A stretch of DNA of 64,000 bases, from positions 4,774,001 through 4,838,000 of the forward strand of contig CATOCA020000001.1 in assembly GCA_951406725.2 (NCBI GenBank), given 5' to 3'. This document shows, in pieces, positions 53,141 through 64,000 of the stretch. Every line of letters starts with the position of its first letter. Positions within the stretch are counted from its first letter, which is position 1. The notes beneath the pieces are model-generated. The model had not been told where the DNA came from. It did not search any database and saw only the letters and a program-made list of their open reading frames with translations. Source of the stretch: Octopus vulgaris. Its lineage: Eukaryota. A program made the translations under genes and the position numbers.

Positions 53141-54290
53141 CATGTTTCTTTACAAGCCACAAAGAGCTGCACACAGGCGGGAAAGATTACAATGTAGAGC
53201 TTTTCTTCTTTTAGGAAATAAAAGGTGGGGTAGGTATTCGATAAAAAGAGATCGTAAAAGGGAAAGAAGAAGTTGAAAAAAGGAAAAGAAACAAAAGAAA
53301 AAAAACGAGTAGGGATCGTGTATCACAGTGTCATGATGTATGGTGTAAAGGGGGAAGCAGATAAGGTTTAACCGTGGGAAGAAAAGCCCACGGAAAGACC
53401 ACGGTAACCTCGGACAATATTGTTACCTGTTACCACATTTGTTTTCAAGTAACCCTCTGTTTCAAATTTCCGGTTTCATAGGATTATGCTCAAGCTGGCT
53501 TCGTCATTCATTCGTGCCATCCTTGCTACATTCACCCATCTTTTTTAAAACATTCGCTAGACAAAACTTGCCTCTCTGCTCTCACTTCCTTTTCAAGTGA
53601 TACTTGAAAATGTTGATGAGAGATTGACCAGAGAGGAAAGTGTTTGTCTCTAATCCTTTCAGACGCGTCCACCAGATACATTCTTTCGCCATATGATGAA
53701 AATAGCTCTTCCTTCCTGTTTGAAGGACGGAGGCGTGACAATATTGACAATAGACTCGGCTGTTAAACCGACTCGTCCCACACGGGACAGCAGTTGTTCG
53801 ACATAAGCCCACAGGTCGGTAATGGTTGGACACTGCACGAAAGCGAGCAAAACGGTATCGTTGCTCTGACCCCATCTCGGGCTGGTCGGCCCCGTGTTCC
53901 TCGAGCCGTGTCTATAGAGCTTATCCTGAAGAGGTAGCGCTTCTCGGTAGCACTGCCAGGCCAAAGATCTCTGGATGTTGTCAATGGGCCCTGGCCCGAA
54001 AGTCGTCCTGAACATGCGGATCAGGTATTCCTCGTCAAAGTCCAGGTTGGCCCCGAGCTCGTCGTCGTACCTCACCTCCACTAATCCCCTATAGAATGCT
54101 TGGGTTGTGTTGAAGTCCCTCATGTTCGATCCGGGACGGCAGAGTTGCTTGAGAGCAACGTGACACGCGCGGTGCCATTCGCCCTTCCTAGGCCTCTTTT
54201 TGATCCACGACTACATCTGTTCACCGTCGTTTACGTAGAGCCTGAGATATATCAGTCTCAGCGCGTGTCTGCGCATCATCGTCCATCGTC
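53141..54290 (-). mobile_element. Second, shorter Tx1-clade LINE copy (related to 36333-37620)
   Basis: AFYRGLVEVRYDDELGANLD..SLAWQCYREALP; shared 3' UTR. Confidence 0.88.
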
Positions 54291-54480
54291 CATGGTGGAG
54301 AAAGTGTCAGCAGAGGTTCACCATTACCTTTGGCCGGAGCCACGTTGAGCTGAGGTGTTCAGCTCATAAACAAACATCTCATAATCTGAGATTCGAAACC
54401 GCGATCCCTCGAGCGCGAGACTGCTGCTCTAACCACTAGAACTTGTGCCTCTCTCTCTATATATATATGCTCGTGTGCCT

Positions 54481-54542
<62 letters not shown>

Positions 54543-54663
54543 CTCGTGTTTTCCGTGTTGAAGTTAAACCCACCTCTGGCCTTGTATTGAAATCTTCTAT
54601 ATTCCCTCTACCAACTGTTACCAATTAAGATGTTATATCTGATTCGGCAGGGATTTTATCCGC

Positions 54664-55648
54664 TTAACGCTTTCGACATATTCCTCCATACCGGACCGTC
54701 TGAAATCGCAGTGAAACGTTTGGGTGTACTTCGACACATTGAGAGTGATGTCTGTTTATTTCTTTCCACTTAATGTCTCTCTCGGTACAAAATTTATCAG
54801 CGTGTCCACTCTCAGCAAAATCCGAAGAAAAGTGGTAAGGTTATGTCATAAAATAGAATCCATTTGACCATTTACATGAAAATATTCCATTGCCATTTAA
54901 ATCTCAATACATCTTATAAATAATCGACGTTTCATATGTGGAAGTGCTTAATTTTACTCACTGTTCAATTTTCTTCAAAATCAGTTCATTATTTTATTGT
55001 GAATGATTTTGACGATTCTGCCTTTCATCATTTTAATTTTAATTCTACTTCATGACTCCGGCCATAAATTTTACCTAAAAGTCAAAGTTTATCAAAATCG
55101 GATGAATTGTGTAAAAGTTACAGCATAATATACTAATCCTATGGGTAACTGCATACAAAAAGCCTATTGATATTTTAAAAATCTCTCTCTCACACGCAGT
55201 TATCGATTTTTGTCAACTCTTAATGCTGATATCAACTAATGGACATGAACTGTAATCACGTGTAAAATTCCTACAAAATCGTTAAGAATGTCTGTAAAGA
55301 AATGCTTATGTACATTTGTACCCTTTTCGAGCTCTTTTGAATTAAATACATACATTTCCCGTATCCCCCACCAATCATTTACCTACACTTCATATTTCAT
55401 TAAAATCGGATGAAAAATATGTAATTTACGGCCAAAAATAAATCCCCTATGGGTATTTAGACGCAAAACGTCTATTGATTTTATAAAACCACTGCTCCGG
55501 CGCAATTACCATTTTTTTTCTCAACGTCATATACTGAAATCAACTCACTGCCATGAGCCTTGCTCACTCATCGATTTTCATTGAAATTGGACAAAAAATG
55601 CAAAAGCTGCTGGGAAAATAACATCGTTTTGGGAATATGCGAGGTTAA
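54664..55648. mobile_element. Possible TTAA-flanked non-autonomous DNA transposon with internal subrepeats
   Basis: TTAA..ttcgacatattcc / ggaatatgcgagg-TTAA; repeated aaaatcggatgaa modules. Confidence 0.4.
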
Positions 55649-55959
55649 TGAACACAATTTTAAAATGTCGCCATTGTTTTCAAATTACGTTTCACATTTT
55701 GTTTGAAAAAAGTGTGGATTACAATGGTGATCACCGATTTCCAAAATTTTTCATTCAAAACTTTTGTTAATGCGTCGTTCAAAAGCATTGGCCAAAATCG
55801 GTACCGATTGGGATTGGGGATTTGAAAAAAATGAAAACACATTCAAACAATTTTTAAAGAGCTTCCTGCCATCATTTCAAACGTTGAGGTGAAAAAAAAT
55901 TTGAAAATCATCATCAGAACGAGTGCAGGAGTGGCTGTGTGGTAAGTAGCTTGCTTACC

Positions 55960-57830
55960 TCATTGTGCATGTGCGAATCGGAGTTGTGTTTGATACTGAA
56001 GCTATAAAGACGTGTTTTTGAAGCCGTCTTAAATTGAAGATTTTTGAAACTCAGCTGTACAAGTAAGACTTTTTGGGGGGTCTAGTGGGGGCCTGTTGTC
56101 TACCGAAATTATTTTTTGCAAACAAGAAGTCCTCACTGGATTCTGGTCTACCTGTAGCTGAGTGAATATCTTTTCACTTAACTGTGAAAATTATTGTTTT
56201 GTGGGCGTATCCTGCCGCAAAATTTTGTTTGAGAATCGTGTTTGTCCAGGAATAACTCTGGGAATTTTTAGAAAAGATTTCAACAATATTGTTCCTGTTA
56301 AGGATTACCTATGAGAAGAAAATTGGAATGATTTGCGCTAAAATTTTGACCTGGAGTACCAAGTGTCCTTTACTGTGCTTTGAACTGCTGCTCTGTCTTC
56401 AACCCTCTTTTATTTAAAAAAAGACTCTTTATTGAACTGTTAATTTTTTCTCCTTCCTTTTTGTTTAGACTTTTTCTCTTCCTTCTTTATCCTTAATTAT
56501 TTTGTATTTTATGAAGTGTTTTTTTAACTTTTTTAAAAGAAACATGGCAAAGAACAATGGAAAGTAGGTGGAGTGGGAATTTATACCACCCAAAAGATGA
56601 TTAAAAGAACTTGAAAGTAAGACGGTGGTTTTGAGGACCTACTCTAGGATCCTCGACGCCATTGCCGTTTTCAAAAAATATTAACGAAAGAGAGATGGCA
56701 GAATTTAAGCCAGCTATTAAGTTTCTCACTCGGAGGGTCAAATATGCAACCGTGTGGTACTATTTTACTTCCCAGAAGTGGATTGTGATTTTGCGTGCCA
56801 GCTCCTGGAAGGCAATGAAATTTTGTTTCTTCCCACTTATTGTGGGAAGAAGTTGAGGAGGGCTTGGGTTTGCGGCTTTCCACCCGGTGCTGAGCCCGAA
56901 TGGATTGGAGATACTATCCGCCGGGGTCTGGGTGGCAGTAGTACCAAGCTCTTCAATGTAAATATTCTGCCTGCGGCTTACTGGGAGGGGTCAAAAGCTG
57001 TTTTGACCCTCTGGACCAAGTCAGCCGAAAGTCTAGTATTTCCAGACTTTTTGAGAATCGGCTGGTCCAAGTATCCGGTGATGCTTGAGGGAGCATCTCC
57101 TCCAAGTGTTATCGGTGCCTTGAACCTGGCCATATAAAAAAGAACTGTCCTCAACGGCAAAGCAAAATCCTGGAGCGGTTAACGGAGACCTCTGTAGAAG
57201 AAGGAAAGCAGGCGGCCGAGGAGATAGAGGATGCCTCAAAGAAGAGCCGCAAAAGGAAGAAGGTGAGTAATAATGGGTGCTCACCGAAGGATTCTGGGAA
57301 TGCGGGAGGGGAGGCACATGTTCCGGTCACGGACGAGATGCACCCTCCCCCAGTCAAGAAGCAAAAAGAGGATAAAGGAGAAACGGGATATTGCCGACAG
57401 TCGGAGATATGAAGCCTCATCGGTGTGGGTCGTGCCACTGGCGGGGTGGCGTGGGTAGACACACTTGGTAAGAATTGTTCCGCCAATGGTAGGATTGACT
57501 ACCTCGGACCTGGAGGAGAAAGAACTGCTGTTCTTCTGTTATAGAGGAGGAGTGGTGGAAAAGGTGGTGGTAGAACACTACAAGAGAGTACCTTTGGCCT
57601 TCGCACGGTAACCCGAATGGCCTCCGCAGATGGCTGTGGAGTTCATAACGTTGCGCATGTTTTATAGGCTGGGGGGACTAAAAGAGGAATATCACTCGTG
57701 GCCGGGTGACGCCAACTCGGAGCATGCCTTGATTTTAAAGCTAGCATGGGCGATGGTGGAGTACACGTACACAAGCGATGATGAGGATTGACAAGAGGTT
57801 GAAAAGTCTCAGTGTTATAATGTGTAAGAA
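55960..57830 (+). mobile_element. Decayed ORF1/Gag-like region with CCHC zinc knuckle (Tx1/L1-type), no ORF2 following
   Basis: Frameshifted ORF from ~56544: FLPTYCGKKLRRAWVCGFPP..YPVMLEG/KCYRCLEPGHIKKNCP (57104-57152). Confidence 0.6.
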
Positions 57831-57999
57831 TTTAAGAGATAAAAAGGGAAGCCTAAGAGAGATGGTGGTAGTGGTTGTGAGTGTGGTGGTAGTAAGTATT
57901 TTAAATCCCCTATCACTTAACGCATGCTCAGAAATGCAATTCCATGAAATATTCACACTTATATACAGTGTCATATGTACGGCGTATATATATTTTACA

Positions 58000-58040
<41 letters not shown>

Positions 58041-58043
<3 letters not shown>

Positions 58044-58325
58044 GAGGCGCAATGGCCTAGTGGTTAGGGCAGCAGACTTGCGGTCGTTGGGTCGCGGTTT
58101 CGATTCCTTGTGAGTGTATATTGAGCGAAAACACCTAAAAGCACCACGAGGCTCCGGCAGGAGTGGTGATCCCTGCAGTACTCTTTCACCACTCTTTCTC
58201 CCACTCTTTCTTTTGTTGACCTGCTCGCTTAGCCAGCGGGATGGCGTCATTTGAAGGCTAAAACAATGCGAACACATTGTGACCAGCGATGTGTAGCAAC
58301 ATCTGATGGTCTGGTCGGGCACATG
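58041..58325 (+). mobile_element. tRNA-derived SINE family E
   Basis: GGAGGCGCAATGGCCTAGTGGTTAGGGCAG..GTTTCGATTCC head; (GAT)n tail. Confidence 0.75.
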
Positions 58326-58479
58326 ATAATGATGATGGTGATGATGATATATATATATATTATAATGAAAGTACCAGGAGTGTAAATGTACAATTGCAAA
58401 AGTGTGAACTACACTTCAGAAGAAGGGATTATATAAGGGGTTACAATTTTTCCACAATCAATGAAATAGCTGCACCGTG

Positions 58480-60980
58480 AAAACAGAGACATTCTTGTCT
58501 ATCCATGGAATTCACCTGCAGAGCGAATCGCGTAGACATTGTGCCATCTAGTCTCAATGAGTTATCCACTTCTATTCCCTCATGGAAAGTCCGGATGGCA
58601 CTGTGGGATTCTATATGTGGCGAAACGCAGAACATCCGCTGGCAGACGACTCACGATGTAATTTAGGGTTGCTGATTGCAGTACCTAGGGGACCATCAGG
58701 CCCAGTTGCTCGTAGAGCAGTACAGTGGACTTATGGACTACCTGCAGAGAGGAGCTTTGAAGAAGTGAACACTGTAGGAGGTGAAATCTATGCAAGATTT
58801 AAAGATGCGTACATATGACTTGGTCTTCTCCAAAATTATGTGATGTTGGAACATGCCATACTAAAGGTGCTGCATATCGGATGGCATTTCAGCCGCGTAT
58901 CACGTTTGTTGTCCTATGCACCTATTCAAATCATTCAAATGTCCTTCGCCTGAGGAACAGTCACAAGAATACCATGATGGTAGATTATGCTCAGCGAGTT
59001 TTGAATGCATACTCTACACTCTATAAATTCTATGCAAATTGTAAATGGCATTAGCGGCCTTAATATTGGCTTGTCTGAACCAGTTCTAGTGTAACGGGTA
59101 GGGCAAAAACATGACATGAACCACCCCGGCATTGCAACCGTTACCGATGAGCAGAGAGTGATCGCTGATGCAGTCATTGAAGACAGTTGATAAGAAAAGG
59201 TGAGGTGAGGTGCTGGAATGTTCCTGCTTCTATGCAGAGGTTCCTGGAGGTTGGGACAAGAATTACATATTTAATACGCTGATCTCACATCTACGAAGGA
59301 GAAACTATCAAGTGGTGCGTGCAGAGGCATAGCTTTAACATTGATCTCTGGTGGAAGGACGGTGCACAGTTTGCTCAAATTGCCCGTTCCCCTGTTGGAA
59401 ACTAGCTTTTGCAGTGTACCACCCATCTCTGAACAGAAATTATTTGAGAAATTTTTATTTGATCATTATAGATGAGGCTTCCATGATCCCTCTTTATGCT
59501 TTTCATGCTAATGACAAAGCTCTGAAAGAAATCACTGGCAAGAATGAAGGTTTCGGTTGAAAAGTTGTGCTCATTGGTAGAGACTTCAGGCAGGTTCTGC
59601 CAATATTGCCAAGAGGAATTTGTGAGGCAGTAATTCAGATCTCCATTAAGAACTCTCCTCTCTGGTTACACTTCAGACATTTATATGTTGAGCCAAAATA
59701 GAGCAATAACAGATCGAAGAGAATTTGCAACATGGCCACTACACTTTGACAATGGCACCACAACTCTTATGCAAGATTTAAGCGAGTCAGTGATGATGTA
59801 AACGTGCTACGTGATTCATGCTTTAATGGGTCGCTGATAAATAATGCTTTTTGGCAATGCCCCTCAAGAACAAAGAACAAGTAGAGCGATCCTCTCACCA
59901 AAAAGTTTCAGACTGCTTAAAGATAAACGAAGGGGTTATGGATAAACTCCAAAGTGACCAGTGTTTTTAATACAGCATGGATAAGGTCTTCACAGATGAG
60001 CTGCTGAAGCTGAGCGATATTCACTGGAATTTCTGATTTCATGGACACCATCTGGAATGCCACCTCCTAGATTGCATTTGAAACCTGACTCCTTAATCAT
60101 GCTCCTGAGGAATATTTCAATTGAAAATGGTCTCTATAACGGAACAAGACTGAAAGTGGAAGCCCTCTACCAAAACTCGATTGAAGCCTCAATAATAAGT
60201 GGCACATTGATCGGGAGACGTATTCTCATTCACAGATAAGGCTGGTACTAAGAAACCAAATCCCGTTCGCTTGACATTTGCAATGACTATCAATAAATCA
60301 CATGGGCAGATATTTGATAAACTGGAGCTATTCTTGCTTGAACCTGCGTATTACTGGTCACCTATATGTTGTTCCCCAAGGGCTCACAAACATTATCTGA
60401 TATTAAAGTTAAAGTTACCAACACTGACAAACAAGGGAAAAGAAGAGGGAGAGGTTACGCGAACAACACAATCTGTAACGAAGTATTGGATTGAAAGGTA
60501 TACGCAAATTGAAATATGTATAAGCTCTGATGCACCGCCTTTCTTATGAACTACCAACGATGTGGCTTTCAGACGATGCCATGTTGCATTAAATTTTCAA
60601 CCCTATCTTTTACCTATAAAATCATTTTTTTACTATAATATTTTTGTTTTCTTGATATGAACTTGTGGCCATGTAAATTTTAAAATGCAATTTTTTTCTC
60701 TCCATGGGGTAAATGGAAAAAATATCAAATATTTATTTTATGATTGCTGTGTAGTATGTCTATAAAATCTTACATGAAGTATATAAAGTACATATATAAA
60801 GTGCATTAAGTAATCATCGTATTTCAGTTTCCTTCAATTTTCATTGAATAGCAGATGAGAAATATTCTTTTCATACACACACAACACAGTCTACGCTTTC
60901 AGATTTTTTTGATAAATTTTTCAGGAGTCACCGAAAAGTTTTATTATTAATTCCGTGGAATATTCATGGAACCCGCTACT
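58480..60980 (+). mobile_element. Decayed Helitron: Pif1 helicase region and probable 3' terminus
   Basis: SFEEVNTVGG..FKDA, IIIDEASM, DFRQVLP, MPP..IMLLRNI..GLYNGTRL, FAMTINKSHGQ; hairpin ttccgtggaatattcatggaa followed by ..CTAC|T (CTAG-like) at 60951-60980. Confidence 0.85.
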
Positions 60981-61269
60981 GAAATAATAAATGTTGAGTA
61001 TTAAGAATCAGATGAAGTGAGAAAAGAGGACAATGAGAGAGAAGGGTGAGACGATGATGACAATCAATATTATGATCGTGATGATGATGACGAAGATGAT
61101 GATGATGATGATGACAGCGATAATGTTGATCATAAATACGATGTTGAATGTTGAGATGAGGATGAATATGACGAGAAAGCGGATGAGAATGTTGATATTG
61201 ATATTATCACTGAATATTCTAACAATTCAGATGAAAAAGAAGAGGAGAACAATAGGATGAAGATGAAAT

Positions 61270-61800
61270 GAAGAATACCTGCAGATTACTCAATAGTTCA
61301 ACGAAGGTATTTTCTTTTTCGTTGATCTTTAGCTTCATGTTAACATCCACTGGGCAGCTGATTTCCACAAGTGTACACAGTTTCTCTCCTCAATCCCAAA
61401 TCACCATGTCAGGTCTATTATCTTTACATTTCATTGGGATTTACCCTGGGGCATTCCGGCAGCACTCCATTTTATTGGTAGCTGTTTTAGCTTGCACCAT
61501 ATTGTGGGATTATATTTCTTTATATTTGGAATTATCCTTTCGACGGATTTCATTATACAGTGTCCTAGCTACATCATGTCACATCGGTAGATAATATCAT
61601 GATGGCATTTTCGGACAACTGCTTGTAATATGGGTGATATCTTCAGTGTTACCGCCACGTAATCTGCATCGGCTGTCACGCTTTACTGTTTTGCCTGCAT
61701 CTTTGTCCCTTTTGTGTATTAGGTATTTGGTTGATATTTCCTGTTCCTGGATTGCAAACGGATACCCTTCAAATTAGAAGATAGTAATCCGGTTGTTGGA
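61270..61800 (-). mobile_element. R4/NeSL-type LINE C-terminal fragment (CCHC + restriction-like endonuclease)
   Basis: FAIQEQEISTKYL..CRL..EDITHITSSC..HDVA..NRPDMVIWD..LVEISCP..EKEN, with stops. Confidence 0.75.
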
Positions 61801-62951
61801 CCATGTATATATATGTATGTACGGATGAACCTACCTTTTATCTCTTCTCTGTACTAGCCAGTATAGGCGACCATACTGGAGTATCACATTAAAGAGTATT
61901 ACTGCAACAAATCGAACTCATTACTTATTTTTATAAAGTTTGCTACTTATTCTATCAGTCCCTTTTGCTGAAGCGTTAATTTGCAGAGACGCAAAGAGAC
62001 CACCACCTTTGAGCTTGTGTTTGTCCCCTACCATCCCTTGACAATATATATGTATATATATCTAATACATCAAATCCGTTCTGTCTGTTTGTGCGCTTAT
62101 AACTCGAGTATTTTTCATCCGATCGCACTGTAATTTTAAACATGGACATATGAGAGAGCCGGGCGTTCTGTAATCTAAAATGATTTTCAAAATTGCTGGT
62201 TTCAAAATAAGAATCGCTATTTTTGTAATCTTTTCGTCCTGTTTTTCCGCCATTAAAAGCAACGAGCTTGTTCAGAGAGCCAGCACATACCATTTAGCTA
62301 GCAACAAGTGGCGTACATGATGACAGTCAGCCAAAACCATCGCTATGCTGTCTCTCTTCGTTCCTCTCTCTGTCTCTCTTATGATGTCCGATTCCACTTG
62401 AAGTTGTATATATATTGTGTTAAGATTCGTTTTCAATCATTTATCCTTATGGAGAAGAAACAGTCAAAAGTAACCACCACATACAATAAACAAACATCTC
62501 CACTACTTTACACCGTCCAAGTTAACCCTCTTCACTTTTGCAGCTGACATGAAAAACTACGCAAAAAAGAGAAACGATCAATTGCTATTAAAACAGGTAA
62601 GATTTTGGTGTTAATAACCTTAACCTTTAGTAACAGTTTCTCATTCAAACTACATAATGGGTAGGGTTTTTGAGGGAGATTTGGCTGCTATTCCCCTAGC
62701 GACATTGAAGAGGTCTGCTTCATTGGCTCATACATAAATATATACATACATATATACATAAAATCGAAATAAAATATTTAAAGCAACAGTCGTCAAATAG
62801 AAAAGCCAAGGTCCATGCAGTGTCATGGCCAAAACAATTTCCAGCCTCTTGCCTAATGCGAGCCCAGAGCAATCTTTTATCTCTTACACTATTTCAGTAT
62901 TACGTATGTATTGTAATGCGAGATAATACTTTCAGTTTGAAAGAAGCCTGT

Positions 62952-63002
<51 letters not shown>

Positions 63003-63511
63003 CGTATGTATTCCAAAACCGAATTACAGATTTTGACGTATGGGGTTTCACATGTTACAGATAAATTCCTCTATTTACATAATACTGAGGTCCCATTCAT
63101 TCTTTTATTGGTATGCCGCTACTATTAATAGATATATGTAAGAGAAGGGATATAATATCAAAGCAGATAGCGAATGGCAAGGCTGGATCCTTCAGATGGT
63201 AGGTTTTACGCTAAAAGTCCTTTAGGTCTCAACCGATGTAGCAGATTATTTTTTGGCAACGTAGATATACAGTCTAATAATGATAATAATGGGATTGAGT
63301 TTGTATATTCAAATTGTTAATTCTCTCTGTCTCTCTCTCACTCTTTCTTTCTTTCATTCTATCTTTCTTTCTTTCTCTCTTTCGCTTTCTCTCTCACTCT
63401 CTCTATACATATATACTTATAAATTGAAGATATTCTCATTAAAATGTTATTTGTTATAAACATTTATATATGTATATGTTAGGGTGTGTGTGTGTAAGTA
63501 CATGTATATAT

Positions 63512-64000
63512 AAAGAAGAATTGGATGTTCATATCAAGGAAGCCTACAACGATCTGCACCGTAACCAGCCGCTGCCACCTCTACATGGGCTAAATCATCT
63601 CTCAGGACCTGATATCGATTTCCAGATTGGGGACATCAGGGAGAGAGGTGAATGACTTCGTAAGAAAAGCTAGAGCAAAGAGTGCCGCAGGAGGTGATGG
63701 CGTCTCATATAAAGCCTACAAGTACTGCAATCGTCTGCGAAAGAAGCTCTTCGTCCTACTCCGAAAACTGTGGCGCGAGGAGACTAGAGTAGAGGATTGG
63801 TGTAAGGCAGAGGATTGGTGTAAGGCAGAGGATTGGTGTAAGGCAGAATGTATATACCTGCCGAAAGAGGCCAATGCAAAGAACATAAAACAGTTTAGGC
63901 CGATATCCCTATTGAATGTGGAAGGCAAGATCTTTATGGGAATTCCGTCGAGGAGAACAGTGACATATTTACAGTGTAACGGATATGTTGATGAATATGT
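63512..64000 (+). mobile_element. Hero/NeSL-like LINE RT N-terminal part, continues past the window end
   Basis: KARAKSAAGGDGVSYKAYKYC..YLPKE..QFRPISLLNVEGKIF..YLQCNGYVD. Confidence 0.8.

Noticed and set aside
61005-61275. Acidic D/E-rich reading frame
   Set aside because: Degenerate (GAT/GAA)n low-complexity sequence with stops.
62061-62301. Possible additional small Helitron (TC start, CTAG end)
   Set aside because: No convincing 3' hairpin and no second copy in the window.

Overview
AT-rich, repeat-saturated eukaryotic DNA. The SINE families and microsatellite style point to an octopus/coleoid cephalopod genome (inference). No intact host gene was found. The first 12.5 kb holds a decayed multi-exon + strand gene whose exons splice in phase into an ankyrin-repeat / RING-HC / death-domain (Mind-bomb-like) protein; one 37-bp exon is present in three copies (two direct, one inverted). 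The rest is transposon debris: tRNA-derived SINEs, a near full-length RTE LINE, CR1/L2-group, Tx1, R4/Dong and Hero-like LINE pieces, Penelope-like elements (RT and GIY-YIG), Helitrons, a MULE, a Tc1/mariner end, TTAA MITEs, long (AAT)n/(TA)n tracts and a 100-N gap. The most striking unannotated signal is a set of at least six different non-coding repeats that each carry a type I hammerhead-ribozyme fold and sit in inverted or partial-tandem, circularly permuted arrangements. One has a 19-bp G·U-rich stem II extension and another is fused to a tRNA-like Pol III head. All calls come from reading the sequence; no searches or folding programs were run.
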